Below the pieces are notes generated by a model. The model was not told where the DNA came from. It ran no database searches and saw only the letters and a program-made list of their open reading frames with translations. From the NCBI GenBank assembly GCA_963514005.1, contig OY740804.1, forward strand, positions 2,356,001-2,420,000: a stretch of 64,000 nt of DNA, in the 5' to 3' direction. The translations under genes were made by a program, and so were the position numbers. The stretch comes from Raja brachyura (lineage: Eukaryota). This document shows, piece by piece, positions 50,701-60,822 of the stretch (positions within the stretch are counted from its first letter, which is position 1; every line of letters begins with the position of its first letter).

Positions 50701-52744
50701 AAGTGGTGAAATCATTGGACAAAGTCAGCATGGATTTACGAAAGGTAAATCATGTCTGACAAATCTGATAGAATTTTTCGAGGATGTAACTAGTAGAGTG
50801 GATAAGGGAGAACCAGTGGATGTGTTATATCTAGACTTTCAGAAGGCTTTCGACAAGGTCCCGCATAAGAGATTAGCATACAAACTTAAAGCACACGGTA
50901 TTGGGGGTTCAGTATTGATGTGGATAGAGAACTGGCTAGCAGACAGGAGGCAAAGGGTAGGAGTAAACGGGTCCTTTTCAGAATGGCAGGCAGTGACTAG
51001 TGGGGTGCCGCAAGGCTCAGTGCTGGGACCCCAGCTATTTACAATATATATTAATGATTTGGACGAGGGAATTCAATGCAACATCTCCAAATTTGCAGAT
51101 GATACCAAGCTGGGGGGTACAGTTAGGTGTGAGGAGGATGCTTGGAGGCTGCAGGGTGATTTGGATAGGCTGAGTGAATGGGCAGATGCATGGCAGATGC
51201 AGTACAATGTGGATAAATGTGAGGTTATCCACTTTGGTGGCAAAAACATGAGGGTAGACTATTATCTGAATGGTGGCAGATTAGGTAAGGGGGAGATGCA
51301 ACGAGACCTGGGTGTCATGGTACACCAGTCATTGAAAGTAGGCATGCAGGTGCAGCAGGCAGTGAAGAAAGCAAATGGTATGTTAGCATTCATAGCGAAA
51401 GGATTTGAGTATAGGAGCAGGGAGGTTCTACTGCAGTTGTACAGGGTTTTGGTGAGGCCACACCTGGAGTACTGCGTACAGTTTTGGTCTCCAAATCTGA
51501 GGAAAGACATCCTTGCCATAGAGGGGGTACAGAGAAGATTCACCAGACTGATTCCTGGGATGTCAGGACTTTCATATGAGGAAAGATTGGATAGACTCGG
51601 TTTGTACTCGATGGAATTTAGAAGATTGAGGGGGGATCTTATAGAAACCTACAAAATTCTTAAGGGGTTGGACAAGCTAGATGCTGGAAGATTGTTCCCG
51701 ATGTTGGGGGAGTCCAGAACAAGGGGTCACAGTCTAAGGATAAGGGGGAATTCCTTTAGGACCGAAATGAGGAAAACATTCTTTACACAGAGAGTGGTGA
51801 GTCTCTGGAATTCTCTGCCACAGAAGGTAGTTGAGGCCAGTTCATTGGCTATATTTAAGAAGGCGTTAGATGTGGCACTTGTGGCTAAAGGGATCAGGGG
51901 GTATGGAGAGAAGGCAGGTACGGGATACTGAGTTGGATGATCAGCCATGATCACATTGAATGGCGGTGCAGGCTCGAAGGGCCGAATGGCCTACTCCTGC
52001 ACCTATTTTCTATGTTTCTATGTCTAACTTATATGGGGCCACTTTAGATTGGTGCGGGTGTCAGGGGTCATGGGGAGAGGGCAGGAGAATGGGGTTAGGA
52101 GGGAGAGATAGTTCAGCCGTGATTGAATGGCGGTGTAGGCTCGATGGGTTGTCTGTGGCAGTGAATTGCACATATTCACCACCCTCTGACTAAATAAATT
52201 CCTCCCCATCTCCTTCCTGAAGGAACGTCCTTTAATTCTGATCTGGCCACACCTGCTATTTCAATCATTCCTAGGGTGGCACGGTGGTGCAGCGGTAGAG
52301 TTGCTGCCTGACAGCGCTCGCAGCGCCGGAGACCTGGGTTCGATCCCAACTATGGGTGCTGTCTGTCTGGAGTTTGTACGTTCTCCCCGTGACCTGCGTG
52401 GGTTTTCTCAGAGATCGTCGGTTTCCTCCCACATTTCAAAGACGTGCAGGATTGTAGGTTAATTGGTTTGGTGTATGTGTAAATTGTCCCTGTTGTGTGT
52501 AGGATAGTGTTAATGCGTGGGTCGGCACGGACCTGGTGAGCCGAAGGGCCTGTTTTCAGTGCTATATCTCTAAACTAAACCAAATATAAAGTCAACAGGT
52601 AATGGATCAGCCAAGATGTGCTGAATGATACAGCAGAACGGGGCACTCCAGACAATGGCTCAAGCTTCCATTTTTTAGGTTCTAAATAATGACAAATGAT
52701 GAAAATATCCACCGCTTACCCATCAAGAGAAGTTCTCTGCTCAT
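29655..52744 (-). CDS. GH18 chitinase-family protein (CHIA/CHIT1-like, 471 aa, 11 coding exons) with CBM14 domain; catalytic Glu replaced by Gln
   Basis: Exons 52744-52720, 48558-48526, 45169-44965, 44521-44465, 43366-43201, 42736-42612, 41467-41344, 36943-36761, 34149-34033, 32002-31867, 29899-29655. All are GT-AG and phase-compatible, 1416 nt including the stop. Motifs KLVCYYTNWAQYR, LSIGGW, FDGLDIDWQYP, GFPTYGR, WIGYDN, GGAMLWSLDFDDF. Confidence 0.93.
29937..30769. other. Assembly gap
   Basis: Run of N. Confidence 1.
31090..31239. other. Assembly gap
   Basis: Run of N. Confidence 1.
31867..32002 (-). CDS. Chitinase-like exon 10
   Basis: AQWLMNNKFGGAMLWSLDFDDFSGTRCKEGVYPLINALKSLLNIT; acceptor ttccccag, donor GTTTGG. 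Confidence 0.9.
32880..33358 (+). repeat. Polypyrimidine (C/T) low-complexity tract within a GC-rich interspersed element (about 32060-33445)
   Basis: About 480 nt almost entirely C and T. Confidence 0.85.
33596..33910 (+). mobile_element. V-SINE (HE1-like), full length
   Basis: Pol III A/B-box-like head, V-domain core, (CTAAA)n tail. Further copies at about 35795-36070(-), 41860-42165(-), 42310-42452, 52275-52585, 53648-53850, 54780-55095(-). Confidence 0.85.
34033..34149 (-). CDS. Chitinase-like exon 9
   Basis: TCVFLKTATLKVIPEQKVPYAFKGSQWIGYDNQQSYKFK; ag/gtaggt boundaries. Confidence 0.9.
36761..36943 (-). CDS. Chitinase-like exon 8
   Basis: DFALKYWRQQGAAAEKLLVGFPTYGRTFTL...FTREPGLVAYYE. 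Confidence 0.92.
37650..41032 (-). mobile_element. Decayed L1-clade LINE ORF2 (RT and C-terminal region) in chitinase intron 7
   Basis: [66 protein letters not shown]; many frameshifts. Confidence 0.9.
37728..37767 (+). ncRNA. Minimal type I hammerhead ribozyme motif in a short Penelope-type element (37729-37861)
   Basis: ATGGGT-CTGAAGA-A-GGGTC-TC-GACCC-GAAAC-GTC-GCCTAT: intact CUGAnGA and GAAA core, stem II, GUC site, stem I with G-U pairs. 14-bp flanking duplication acatattgttaata (37715-37728, 37862-37875). Confidence 0.65.
41344..41467 (-). CDS. Chitinase-like exon 7
   Basis: [41 protein letters not shown], 124 nt. Confidence 0.92.
42612..42736 (-). CDS. Chitinase-like exon 6
   Basis: ELRAAIEDEAQNEDKGRLLLTAAVAAYKEVIDKAYNISAISQ, 125 nt. 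Confidence 0.9.
42970..43180 (+). repeat. Degenerate intronic tandem repeat (about 20-30 bp, gtgagtgtgtaacatgaactagtgcgcc)
   Basis: About 8 recurrences of gtgtgtaa(c). Confidence 0.7.
43201..43366 (-). CDS. Chitinase-like exon 5 (active-site exon)
   Basis: FTNMVATVDTRATFIRSAVSFLRQFGFDGLDIDWQYPSFRESPAEDRNRFTVLLK, 166 nt. Confidence 0.95.
44465..44521 (-). CDS. Chitinase-like exon 4
   Basis: NTNLKTLLSIGGWSFGTTR, 57 nt. Confidence 0.92.
44716..44942 (+). repeat. 66-bp tandem repeat (about 3.5 units) derived from a Penelope-type repeat
   Basis: Unit tgctgcctgacccgctgagttactccagcactctgtgaaacgtcacctatccatgttctccacaga. The same unit forms arrays at 63235-63880. Confidence 0.85.
44965..45169 (-). 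CDS. Chitinase-like exon 3
   Basis: SSYKLVCYYTNWAQYRKDGARFLPDKIDPCLCTHLIFAYANITEDHELTSLESEDEEMYKKFNNLKSK. Confidence 0.95.
45403..46344 (+). mobile_element. 5'-truncated CR1 nested inside a V-SINE (SINE halves 45231-45400 and 46346-46460)
   Basis: KFADDTKLGG...YGEKAGTGY*, 3' UTR and (TATGTTTC) tail. The SINE sequence resumes afterwards. Confidence 0.9.
46957..47779 (+). mobile_element. GC-rich retroposed element with a (TAT)n tail, inserted in a CR1-related repeat
   Basis: Ends gaaaggcaccctataaataaaatata(tta)n. The host ctatcaatctccacctt|aaaatacc is split around it. Confidence 0.55.
48526..48558 (-). CDS. Chitinase-like exon 2 (signal peptide)
   Basis: ttctgttttag|(V)SLVALLHGSV|gtaagt, phase 1-1. 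Confidence 0.8.
49095..52023 (+). mobile_element. Young CR1 LINE with a nearly intact ORF2 (endonuclease plus RT), one frameshift near 50185
   Basis: ORFs 49135-50214 (NARSI, GITETWL, YRPP, MGDFN, SDH) and 50231-51931 (RT, FADD); 3' UTR and ttctatgtttctatg tail. Confidence 0.95.
52720..52744 (-). CDS. Chitinase-like coding exon 1 (start codon)
   Basis: aggATG MSRELLLM + G|gtaagc, 25 coding nt. Joins exons 2-3 to give the signal peptide MSRELLLMVSLVALLHGSVVSS. Confidence 0.75.
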
Positions 52745-52962
52745 CCTAGTGTCTGAAGCAGGTTAGTTTGTCACTGAATTCACAACAAGTGGATCTCTGA
52801 TGGTGTGTGTACATTACTTCAAACAGATCTGTGGAAGAACTTAAAGATAAGCAACTAACATTGAGAACCGGCGGAATATATTTAGTGTAGAGATACAGCA
52901 CAGAAACTGGCCCTTCTGCCCACCGGGTCCACGCCGATCATTCACCATCCATTTACATATTA

Positions 52963-53268
52963 AGGGCCTATCCCACTTGGCGACAACTACGACAATGGAA
53001 TTCACCAAAGTCGGCACCGGCGACAAACTACGTAACCTGGAGACATCCTGGCGACAATCTACATCAGGAGAAGACAAGCTACGACAAGACCACGATCGCC
53101 GAAAAGTTTTGAACATTTCAAAATCCAGCGGCGACCAGAAAAACGCTATGTCTCTTTGTGCGACTGAGGAGACGACTCACGGTCATACAGGCGACACGCC
53201 GGCAACCGTGTGGCAAAGGCCTGGTCACCGGCAGTCGCTTAAAAAATCGCTTAAGTGGGACAGGCCCT
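52963..53268. mobile_element. Harbinger-like MITE with the same TIR type as 29096-29333
   Basis: agggcctatcccactt.../...aagtgggacaggccct, flanked by TTA/TAA. Confidence 0.75.
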
Positions 53269-55419
53269 TAAGTTCTAGATCTATGTCATCCCACTCCCTA
53301 AACACTAGGGGGCTAATTACAGAGGGGCCAATTAACCTATAAACCCGCACGTCTTTGGGATGTGGGAGGAAACCGGAGCACCCGGAGAAGTGGGTGTGAA
53401 TCTAGGTGGTGCGGAGGGGGAAATATGTGGGGAAAAGGGTGAATGGTGTTTGTAGGTTGATTGGGAAAATTGGGGAATTCACTATTCATACCCAAGCGGA
53501 ATAGGTCGGTACGGGTGAGGGAGAATTATTGGCAGATAACACACAGGTGGGGAGTGAATGAGAATTTCACCCCAGGATAAAGGTTCTGACTGTCTACCCT
53601 ATCTACACCTCTCATAATTTTACATACTGTACTTCTATCAGGTAAGGTGGCATGGTGGCGCAGCGGTAGAGTTGCCGCCTCACAGCGCCAGAGGCCCGGG
53701 TTCCATCCTGACTACTGATAATGTCTGTACGGAGTTTGCACGTTCTCCCCGTGACCTGCGTGGGTTTTCTCCGAGATCTTTGGCTTCCTCCCACACTCCA
53801 AAGACGCACAGGTTTGTAGGTTAACTGGCTTTGGTATCAACTGAACTAAACACAAAGGTAGATACAACATGCTGGAGTAACTCAGCAGGACAGGCAGCGT
53901 CTCTGCAGAGAAGGAATGGGCGGCATTTCGGGTCGAGACCCTTCTTCAGACTGATATCAGGGGAGGGGGCGGGACAAAGATAGAATGTAGGCGGAGACAG
54001 TAAGACTAGTGGAAAAACTGGGAAGGGGAAGGGCATGGAGAGGGAAAGCAAGAGATAGCAACTAAACACAATATCTAACTAGAGAACCACTTAATATTTA
54101 AGTTGGCCTTCTGTGGCAATGAATTCCACAGATTCACAACCCTCTGACTAAAGAAATTCCTCCTCACCTTCCTGAAAGAACGTCCTTTCATTCTGAGGCA
54201 AAGACCACTGGTCCTGGACTCTCCCACTAGTGGAAACATCCTCTCTGCATCCACTCTATCCGGGCCTTTCACTATTCGGTAAGTTTCAATGAAGTCCCCA
54301 CTCATTCTTCTAAAATGCAGCGAGTACAGGCCCAGTGTCAACATATGTTAACCCACTCATTCCTGGGATAATTCTCGTAAACCTCCTCGGGACCCTCTCC
54401 AGAGCCTAACACATCCTTCCTCAGATACGGGGCCAAAAATTGCTCACAATACTCCAAATGCGGCCTTACCAGCGCCTTATAGAGCCTCAGCTCAGGTGGG
54501 CGGTGTAGAGGAATAAAATGGTTAAAGTTGTCCAGATTGTAAATATCTAACCCTATGTTGGGACTGGTGATCTTCCAGCACAGTGTTGTTCACATTTAAT
54601 ATCTGTGTTTTTCCTTTGAGTTTTTGTATACTTACATTTTCCATCTTCCTCTCGCACCAGAAATCCAATCTAGATCAGATCTAGAGTTTAAATTCTAAAC
54701 GCCATGTCACAATGAGTTTCAGATGTCATAATCCAGGATGTCATGAGTCTACCATCTGGAGAGAGGTTCTTGGTTTTTTAGTTCAGTTTAGTTTTCTTTA
54801 GAGATATAGCGCAGAAACAGGCCCTTCGGCCCACCGAGTCCGTGCCGACCAGCGATCCCCGCACCTTAACACTATCCTACACACACACTAGGGACAGGTT
54901 TACAATTTTACCGAAGCCAATTAGCCTACAAACCTGCACTTCTTTGGAGTGTGGGAGGAAACCGGAGCACCCGGAGAAAACCCATGCAGGTCACAGGGAG
55001 AACGTACAAACTCCGTACAGACAGCACCTGTAGTCAGGATCGAGCCTGGGTGTCTGGCGCTGTGAGGCAGCAAATCTACCGCTGCGCCACCGTGCCTCCC
55101 TGGGTGTGATTTATTAGAAGGTTAACTGGATAAACCATTAGAACTAGGACATTTTCTTTCGCCAGAGGGTGGTGAATCTGTGGAATCTGAGTGGCTGGAG
55201 AGTAAAGGTCCAGAATATGACAGTTTTAGAATGGATATATAGACATGTTTAGCTGTCCTTATATTCTGGTAGTCAATAGTGTAGTCAATAGTGCTTTATT
55301 TGTCACTGCTCGGTGAAATTCTTTTTGCATGTATTACACATGCGGATGCCACCATTTTCAGCGCCATTATTCAGTCAGGTCGGCCCGCACGCTAGTTCCC
55401 TCCCCACCTTGCCCTGTAA

Positions 55420-56881
55420 CTGGGGAATTAGAGGAGGGCACCAGCAAATGGGGAATTAGGGGAGGGCACCAGTAAATGGGGAATTAGGGGAAGGACACCA
55501 GTTAATGGGGAATTAGGGGAAGGACACTAGTAAATGGGGAATTAGGGAAGGGCACCAGTAAATGGGGAATTAGGGGAGGGCACCAGTAAATGGGGAATTA
55601 GGGGAGGGCACCAGTAAATGTGGAATTAGGGGAGGGCACCGGTAAATGGGGAATTAGGGAAGGACACTAGTAAATGGGGAATTAGGGGAGGGCACCAGTA
55701 AATGGGGAATTAGGGAAGGACACTAGTAAATGGGGAATTAGGGGAGGGCACCGGTAAATGGGGAATTAGGGAAGGACACTAGTAAATGGGGAATTAGGGG
55801 AGGGCACCAGTAAATGGGGAATTAGGGAAGGGCACCAGTAAATGGGGAATTAGGGGAGGGCACCAGTAAATGGGGAATTAGGGGAGGGCACCAGTAAATG
55901 GGGAATTAGGGGAAGGACACTAGTAAATGGGGAATTAGGGGAGGGCACCAGTAAATGGGGAATTAGGGGAAGGACACCAGTAAATGGGGAATTAGGGGAG
56001 GGCACCAGTAAATGGGGAATTAGGGGAGGGCACCAGTAAATGGGGAATTAGGGGAGGGCACCAGTAAATGTGGAATTAGGGGAGGGCACCAGTAAATGGG
56101 GAATTAGGGGAAGGACACTAGTAAATGGGGAATTAGGGGAGGGCACCAGTAAATGGGGAATTAGGGGAGGGCACCAGTAAATGGGGAATTAGGGGAAGGA
56201 CACTAGTAAATGGGGAATTAGGGGAGGGCACCAGTAAATGGGGAATTAGGGGAGGGCACCAGTAAATGGGGAATTAGGGGAGGGCACCAGTAAATGTGGA
56301 ATTAGGGGAGGGCACCAGTAAATGGGGAATTAGGGGAAGGACACTAGTAAATGGGGAATTAGGGGAGGGCACCAGTAAATGGGGAATTAGGGGAGGGCAC
56401 CAGTAAATGGGGAATTAGGGGAAGGACACTAGTAAATGGGGAATTAGGGGAGGGCACCAGTAAATGGGGAATTAGGGGAAGGACACTAGTAAATGGGGAA
56501 TTAGGGGAGGGCACCAGTAAATGGGGAATTAGGGGAAGGACACCAGTAAATGGGGAATTAGGGGAGGGCACCAGTAAATGGGGAATTAGGGGAAGGACAC
56601 CAGTAAATGGGGAATTAGGGGAGGGCACCAGTAAATGGGGAATTAGGGGAAGGGCACCAGTAAATGTGGAATTAGGGGAGGGCACCAGTAAATGGGGAAT
56701 TAGGGGAAGGACACCAGTAAATGGGGAATTAGGGGAGGGCACCAGTAAATGGGGAATTAGGGGAAGGGCACCAGTAAATGGGGAATTAGGGGAGGGCACC
56801 AGTAAATGGGGAATTAGGGGAGGGCACCAGTAAATGGGGAATTAGGGGAAGGACACTAGTAAATGGGGAATTAGGGGAGGC
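55420..56881 (+). repeat. G-rich minisatellite, 28/29-bp unit, about 50 copies
   Basis: Unit gggcaccagtaaatggggaattagggga with a variant ggacactag unit; each unit contains TTAGGG. Confidence 0.97.
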
Positions 56882-57610
56882 GTTTTGCATATAATCCAGC
56901 AAAACCATTCTGCATATAAGCACAATCACAAGTAAGGGTGAAGGGATTGAGCAGATTTCTTCCGAGGCAGTACACAAACAGTCGCTACATTTCCGGCACC
57001 CCAATCTTGTAGCTTTCAAAAGTTCTTAAAAATATCAAGTCTTGTTATCGAGTTGTGGGAGAGGTTGGACAGACTTTATTGCTTGGAGTGTAGGAAACTG
57101 AGGATAAACGTTGTGGGGTGTATAAAATCATAAGAATAGGGTAAAAATATCTAGCCTTTTCCCAACATTGGGGAACCAAGAAATGGAGATCGTTGGTTTA
57201 AGAGGGAAAAGGTGAGAGGGGGCAAAACATAATAGCAACAGAGGGCAACTTTTCCACACAGTGTTTGACAAACAAGATTAGCATTCACTTTTTTACACCA
57301 ATACACCAAAAAATCTACCCCTCATGTGAAACCTTATAAATAGCAGATATAAATTAGATAACTTCAAGACTGAAAGTCAAAAACCTTTCATGACAGACAA
57401 ATGTTCATCATTTTACCACCAATTTGGACACAAAAAATGTGACATTAAAACGAGTGCCAGATTTAGTCATGAATATTTAATTTATAAATAAACTTCATCT
57501 GGCCCTTCATACATACATGTTTTGATAAAAATCTAGGCTTAACATCTTAATCAATACTAGGAGAAAAATACAGTAACATAAAGATAATAGAGTACAGTAA
57601 AGATCCCGTA

Positions 57611-57789
57611 GACAAAAGTGCTGGAGAAACTCAGCGGGTGCAGCAGCATCTATGGAGCGAAGGAGATAGGCAACGTTTGGTCCGAAACATTGCCTATTTC
57701 CCTCGCTCCATAGATGTTGCTGCACCCGTTGAGTTTCTCCAGCACTTTTGTCTACCTTCGATTTTCCAGCATCTGCAGTTCCTTCTTAA
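57611..57789. mobile_element. Short Penelope-type insertion with fold-back structure and a 17-bp flanking duplication
   Basis: acagtaaagatcccgta at 57594-57610 and 57790-57806; inverted arms of about 70 bp spanning 57608-57755. Confidence 0.75.
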
Positions 57790-58174
57790 ACAGTAAAGAT
57801 CCCGTAACGGTTGTTGTGCTTGATGTCCATTGCCACAACGGGCTCGGTACGCACGTAAGTTAAATCTCGGAGGTTCCAAATCTCTAATGCTTTTCAAAAA
57901 CCCAATGAGGTATCCTGTGGTCGCAGCGATTTTTGTGTGTTAATTCTTTTTTCTTATTTTCCAATTGAATATATCAAAAACATCGCGGTGTCAAAAACGC
58001 AACGACCGTGTATGATATATTTCACGATTTTAAAAAATTTAAAAACAAACATTTTTTGACATAAATTGGTCATCAAAACGAAGAAACTGATCCAATGTTC
58101 AATTTGGCAACACACTGTCCCTTGTTTACCTTTCGTACGGACCAAGTTGCTAACCATTCCTTAGTGTCGACTTC

Positions 58175-58532
58175 GGGGTGGGAGATTGCAACCTTCACGT
58201 GGTCCGCCCTGTTTCGACGAATGCAATCAACCCGGCATGTACAATCAAATAAGATCAAATAGAACAAGTTGTCCGACAACTTTAGGCCATGCACGCCACA
58301 CGCAAGAAGAAGTGTCAACATCGGGAACCATCGATAATCCAACCATTACGGAGACATTTTACTTACAAAAAAATCAGCCCAAATCAAATGATCTGATGAA
58401 TCATCGGCCATCTTCTTCTTTCATGTGGCGTGTACAGCCTAAAGGACAACTTGATCTTTCATTTGTGCACGTCGAATTGATGGCATTTTTCGAAACAGGG
58501 CGGACCACGTGGAGGTTGCAATCTTCCACCCC
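58175..58532. mobile_element. MITE-like element with 42-bp terminal inverted repeats
   Basis: ggggtgggagattgcaaccttcacgtggtccgccctgtttcg (58175-58216) vs 58491-58532, 2 mismatches; no TSD seen. Confidence 0.65.
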
Positions 58533-58929
58533 ATTGGCCATCGATGTCACTCAGATCCATAAGGTAATGTACCGACTAGATCACGTTGGTGAAAATGCTT
58601 GGTTTTCACTGGGACACCAAAACAAACATTTTTTTAGTGTCCACCGCAACGTACGTTTGTGTGTATGATCGTGTAACGCGCGTTGCGGTGTCCACGCAGA
58701 TGGATGCTGTATTCTACTACATGATCAGGTGAATGAAGTGGAAATGGTGATTGCAATGTTATTGTTCCACGCGGTATTCATAAACATAGAAAGGAATAAG
58801 AAATATGTGCAGTAACTATGCCACCACACAAAATATATTTGTGTATTCTGATGCCATTTTTGGAAACTTGCCATCAATATGCTTTCTTTGCTTGTATTTG
58901 TTGTTGATACTATGTCAGTCATGAACCCA

Positions 58930-59400
58930 GTCTGTGGAAGTCTCTGCCTCAGAGGGCGGTGGAGGCCGGTTCTCTGGATGCTTTCAAGAGAGAGCTAGGT
59001 AGGGCTCTTAAAAATAGCGGAGTCAGGGGATATGGGGAGAAGGTAGGAACGGGGTACTGATTGGGGATGATCAGACATGATCACATTGAATGGCGGTGCT
59101 GGCTCAAAGGGCCGAATGGCCTATTCCTGCACCTATTGTCTATTGTCTATAGAACATAGAAACATAGTAAATAGGTGTAGGAGTAGGCCGGTCGGCCCTT
59201 CGAGCCAGCACCGCCATTCAATATGTCAAGAGAGAGTTAGATTTAGCTCTTAGGGCTAACGGAAATCAGGGGATATGGGAAAAGCCGGCACGGGGTACTG
59301 ATTTTGGACGATCAGTCATGATCATATTGAATGGCGGTGCTGGCTTGAGGGGCCGAATGGCCTATTCCTGCACCTATTTTCTATTTTTTTATGTTTCTAT
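58930..59400. mobile_element. Cluster of CR1 3' end fragments in both orientations, with nesting
   Basis: Repeated CR1 3' UTR (gaatggcggtgctggctc...cctgcacctatt) and tails. Confidence 0.8.
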
Positions 59401-60338
59401 AATCATGGCTGATCATCCAAAATCAGTAATAACTCATTTATTCTTCACAGTGCCTGCCTTGTGATTTTTCTCCCTTATTTATTATTCAGTTCATTACTCG
59501 TTTTATGAATGTACCTCGTAGTTTGCAATATTTACACGCAAGATGGTGATTAAAGAAATTAAATGTGGTGCAATATCCACCCTGACTTCAGAGTTGTTCC
59601 ATGCCACTTGGATGTATGAGTGCATGGATGGGACAAGTTTGGAGGGATATGGACCAAACGTGGGCAGGTGGGAGTAGTGTCGATGGGACATTGTTGGTCG
59701 GTGTGGGCATGTTGGGCCGAAGGGCCTGTTTCCACACTGTATCACTCTATGACGTAAAGATCAGGGAGTTCAGCTCTTGCAAGAACGGTTCACTTGGTTG
59801 TGAAAGCAAACGTATAATTTCATCAGAGCAACAACCAGATGTTGGCCAAGACATAAATAAACACACAGCGATCACATCCTGAGGACTACAGGCTCCCATC
59901 CTTCCCGGCAATTGAGATCATCAGTTCATAAGGCCGTAAGTGATAGAATTAGGCCATTCAGCCCATCACGTCTACTCCGCCATTCGATCTATCTCTCCCT
60001 CCTCACCCCTCACAAACGAAGAGAGGTCCCGACCTTAAACACATCTGTCCATTCCATCCAAAGATGCTGCCTGGCCTGCAGTCCAGTAAAGTCAAATATG
60101 GAAAGGCCTGGATAGTGTGGATGTGGAGAGGATGTTTCCACTTGTGGGAGAGTCCAGGACCAGAGGGTGCAGCCTCAGAATAAAATTACATCCGTTTAGA
60201 AAGTAGATGAGGATTCTTTAGTCAGATGGTAGTGAATCTGTGGAATTCATTGCCACAGACAGCTATGGAGGCCAAGTCAGTGGATATTTTTCACCTGCAG
60301 ATTGACAGGTTCTTGATTAGTACGTGTGTCAGGGGTTA

Positions 60339-60822
60339 TAGAAACATAGAAACAAAGAGATTAGGTGCAGGAGTAGGCCATTCGGCCCTTCGAGCCTGCA
60401 CTGCCATTCAATATGATCATGGCTGATCATCCAACTCAGTATCCCGTACCTGCCTTCTCTCCATACCCTCTGATCCACTTAGCCACAAGGGCCACATCTA
60501 ACTCCCTCTTAAATATAGCCAATGAACTGGCCTCAACTACCCTCTGTGGCAGAGAGTTCCAGAGACCCACTACTCTCTGCGTGAAAAAATTCCTTCTCAT
60601 CTCGGTCCTAAAGGATTTCCCCCTTATCCTTAAGCTGTGACCCCTTGTCCTGGACCTCCCCAACATCGGGAACAATCTTCCTGCATCTAGCCTGTCCAAC
60701 CCCTTAAGAATTTTGTACGTTTCTATAAGATCCCCTCTCAATCTCCTAAATTCTAGAGAGTATAAACCGAGTCTATGCAGTCTTTGTTCATAAGACAGTC
60801 CTGACATCCCAGGAATTAGTCT
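60339..60822 (-). mobile_element. 5'-truncated CR1 with a GGTTAT flanking duplication
   Basis: ORF 60436-60807 matches the C-terminus of CR1 ORF2; ggttat on both sides. Confidence 0.88.

Noticed and set aside
55420-56881. CRISPR array or interstitial telomere
   Set aside because: No unique spacers and eukaryotic context. TTAGGG is embedded singly in a 28-bp unit rather than tandem.
56359-57019. Repetitive 146-aa ORF
   Set aside because: Translation of the minisatellite; no gene signals
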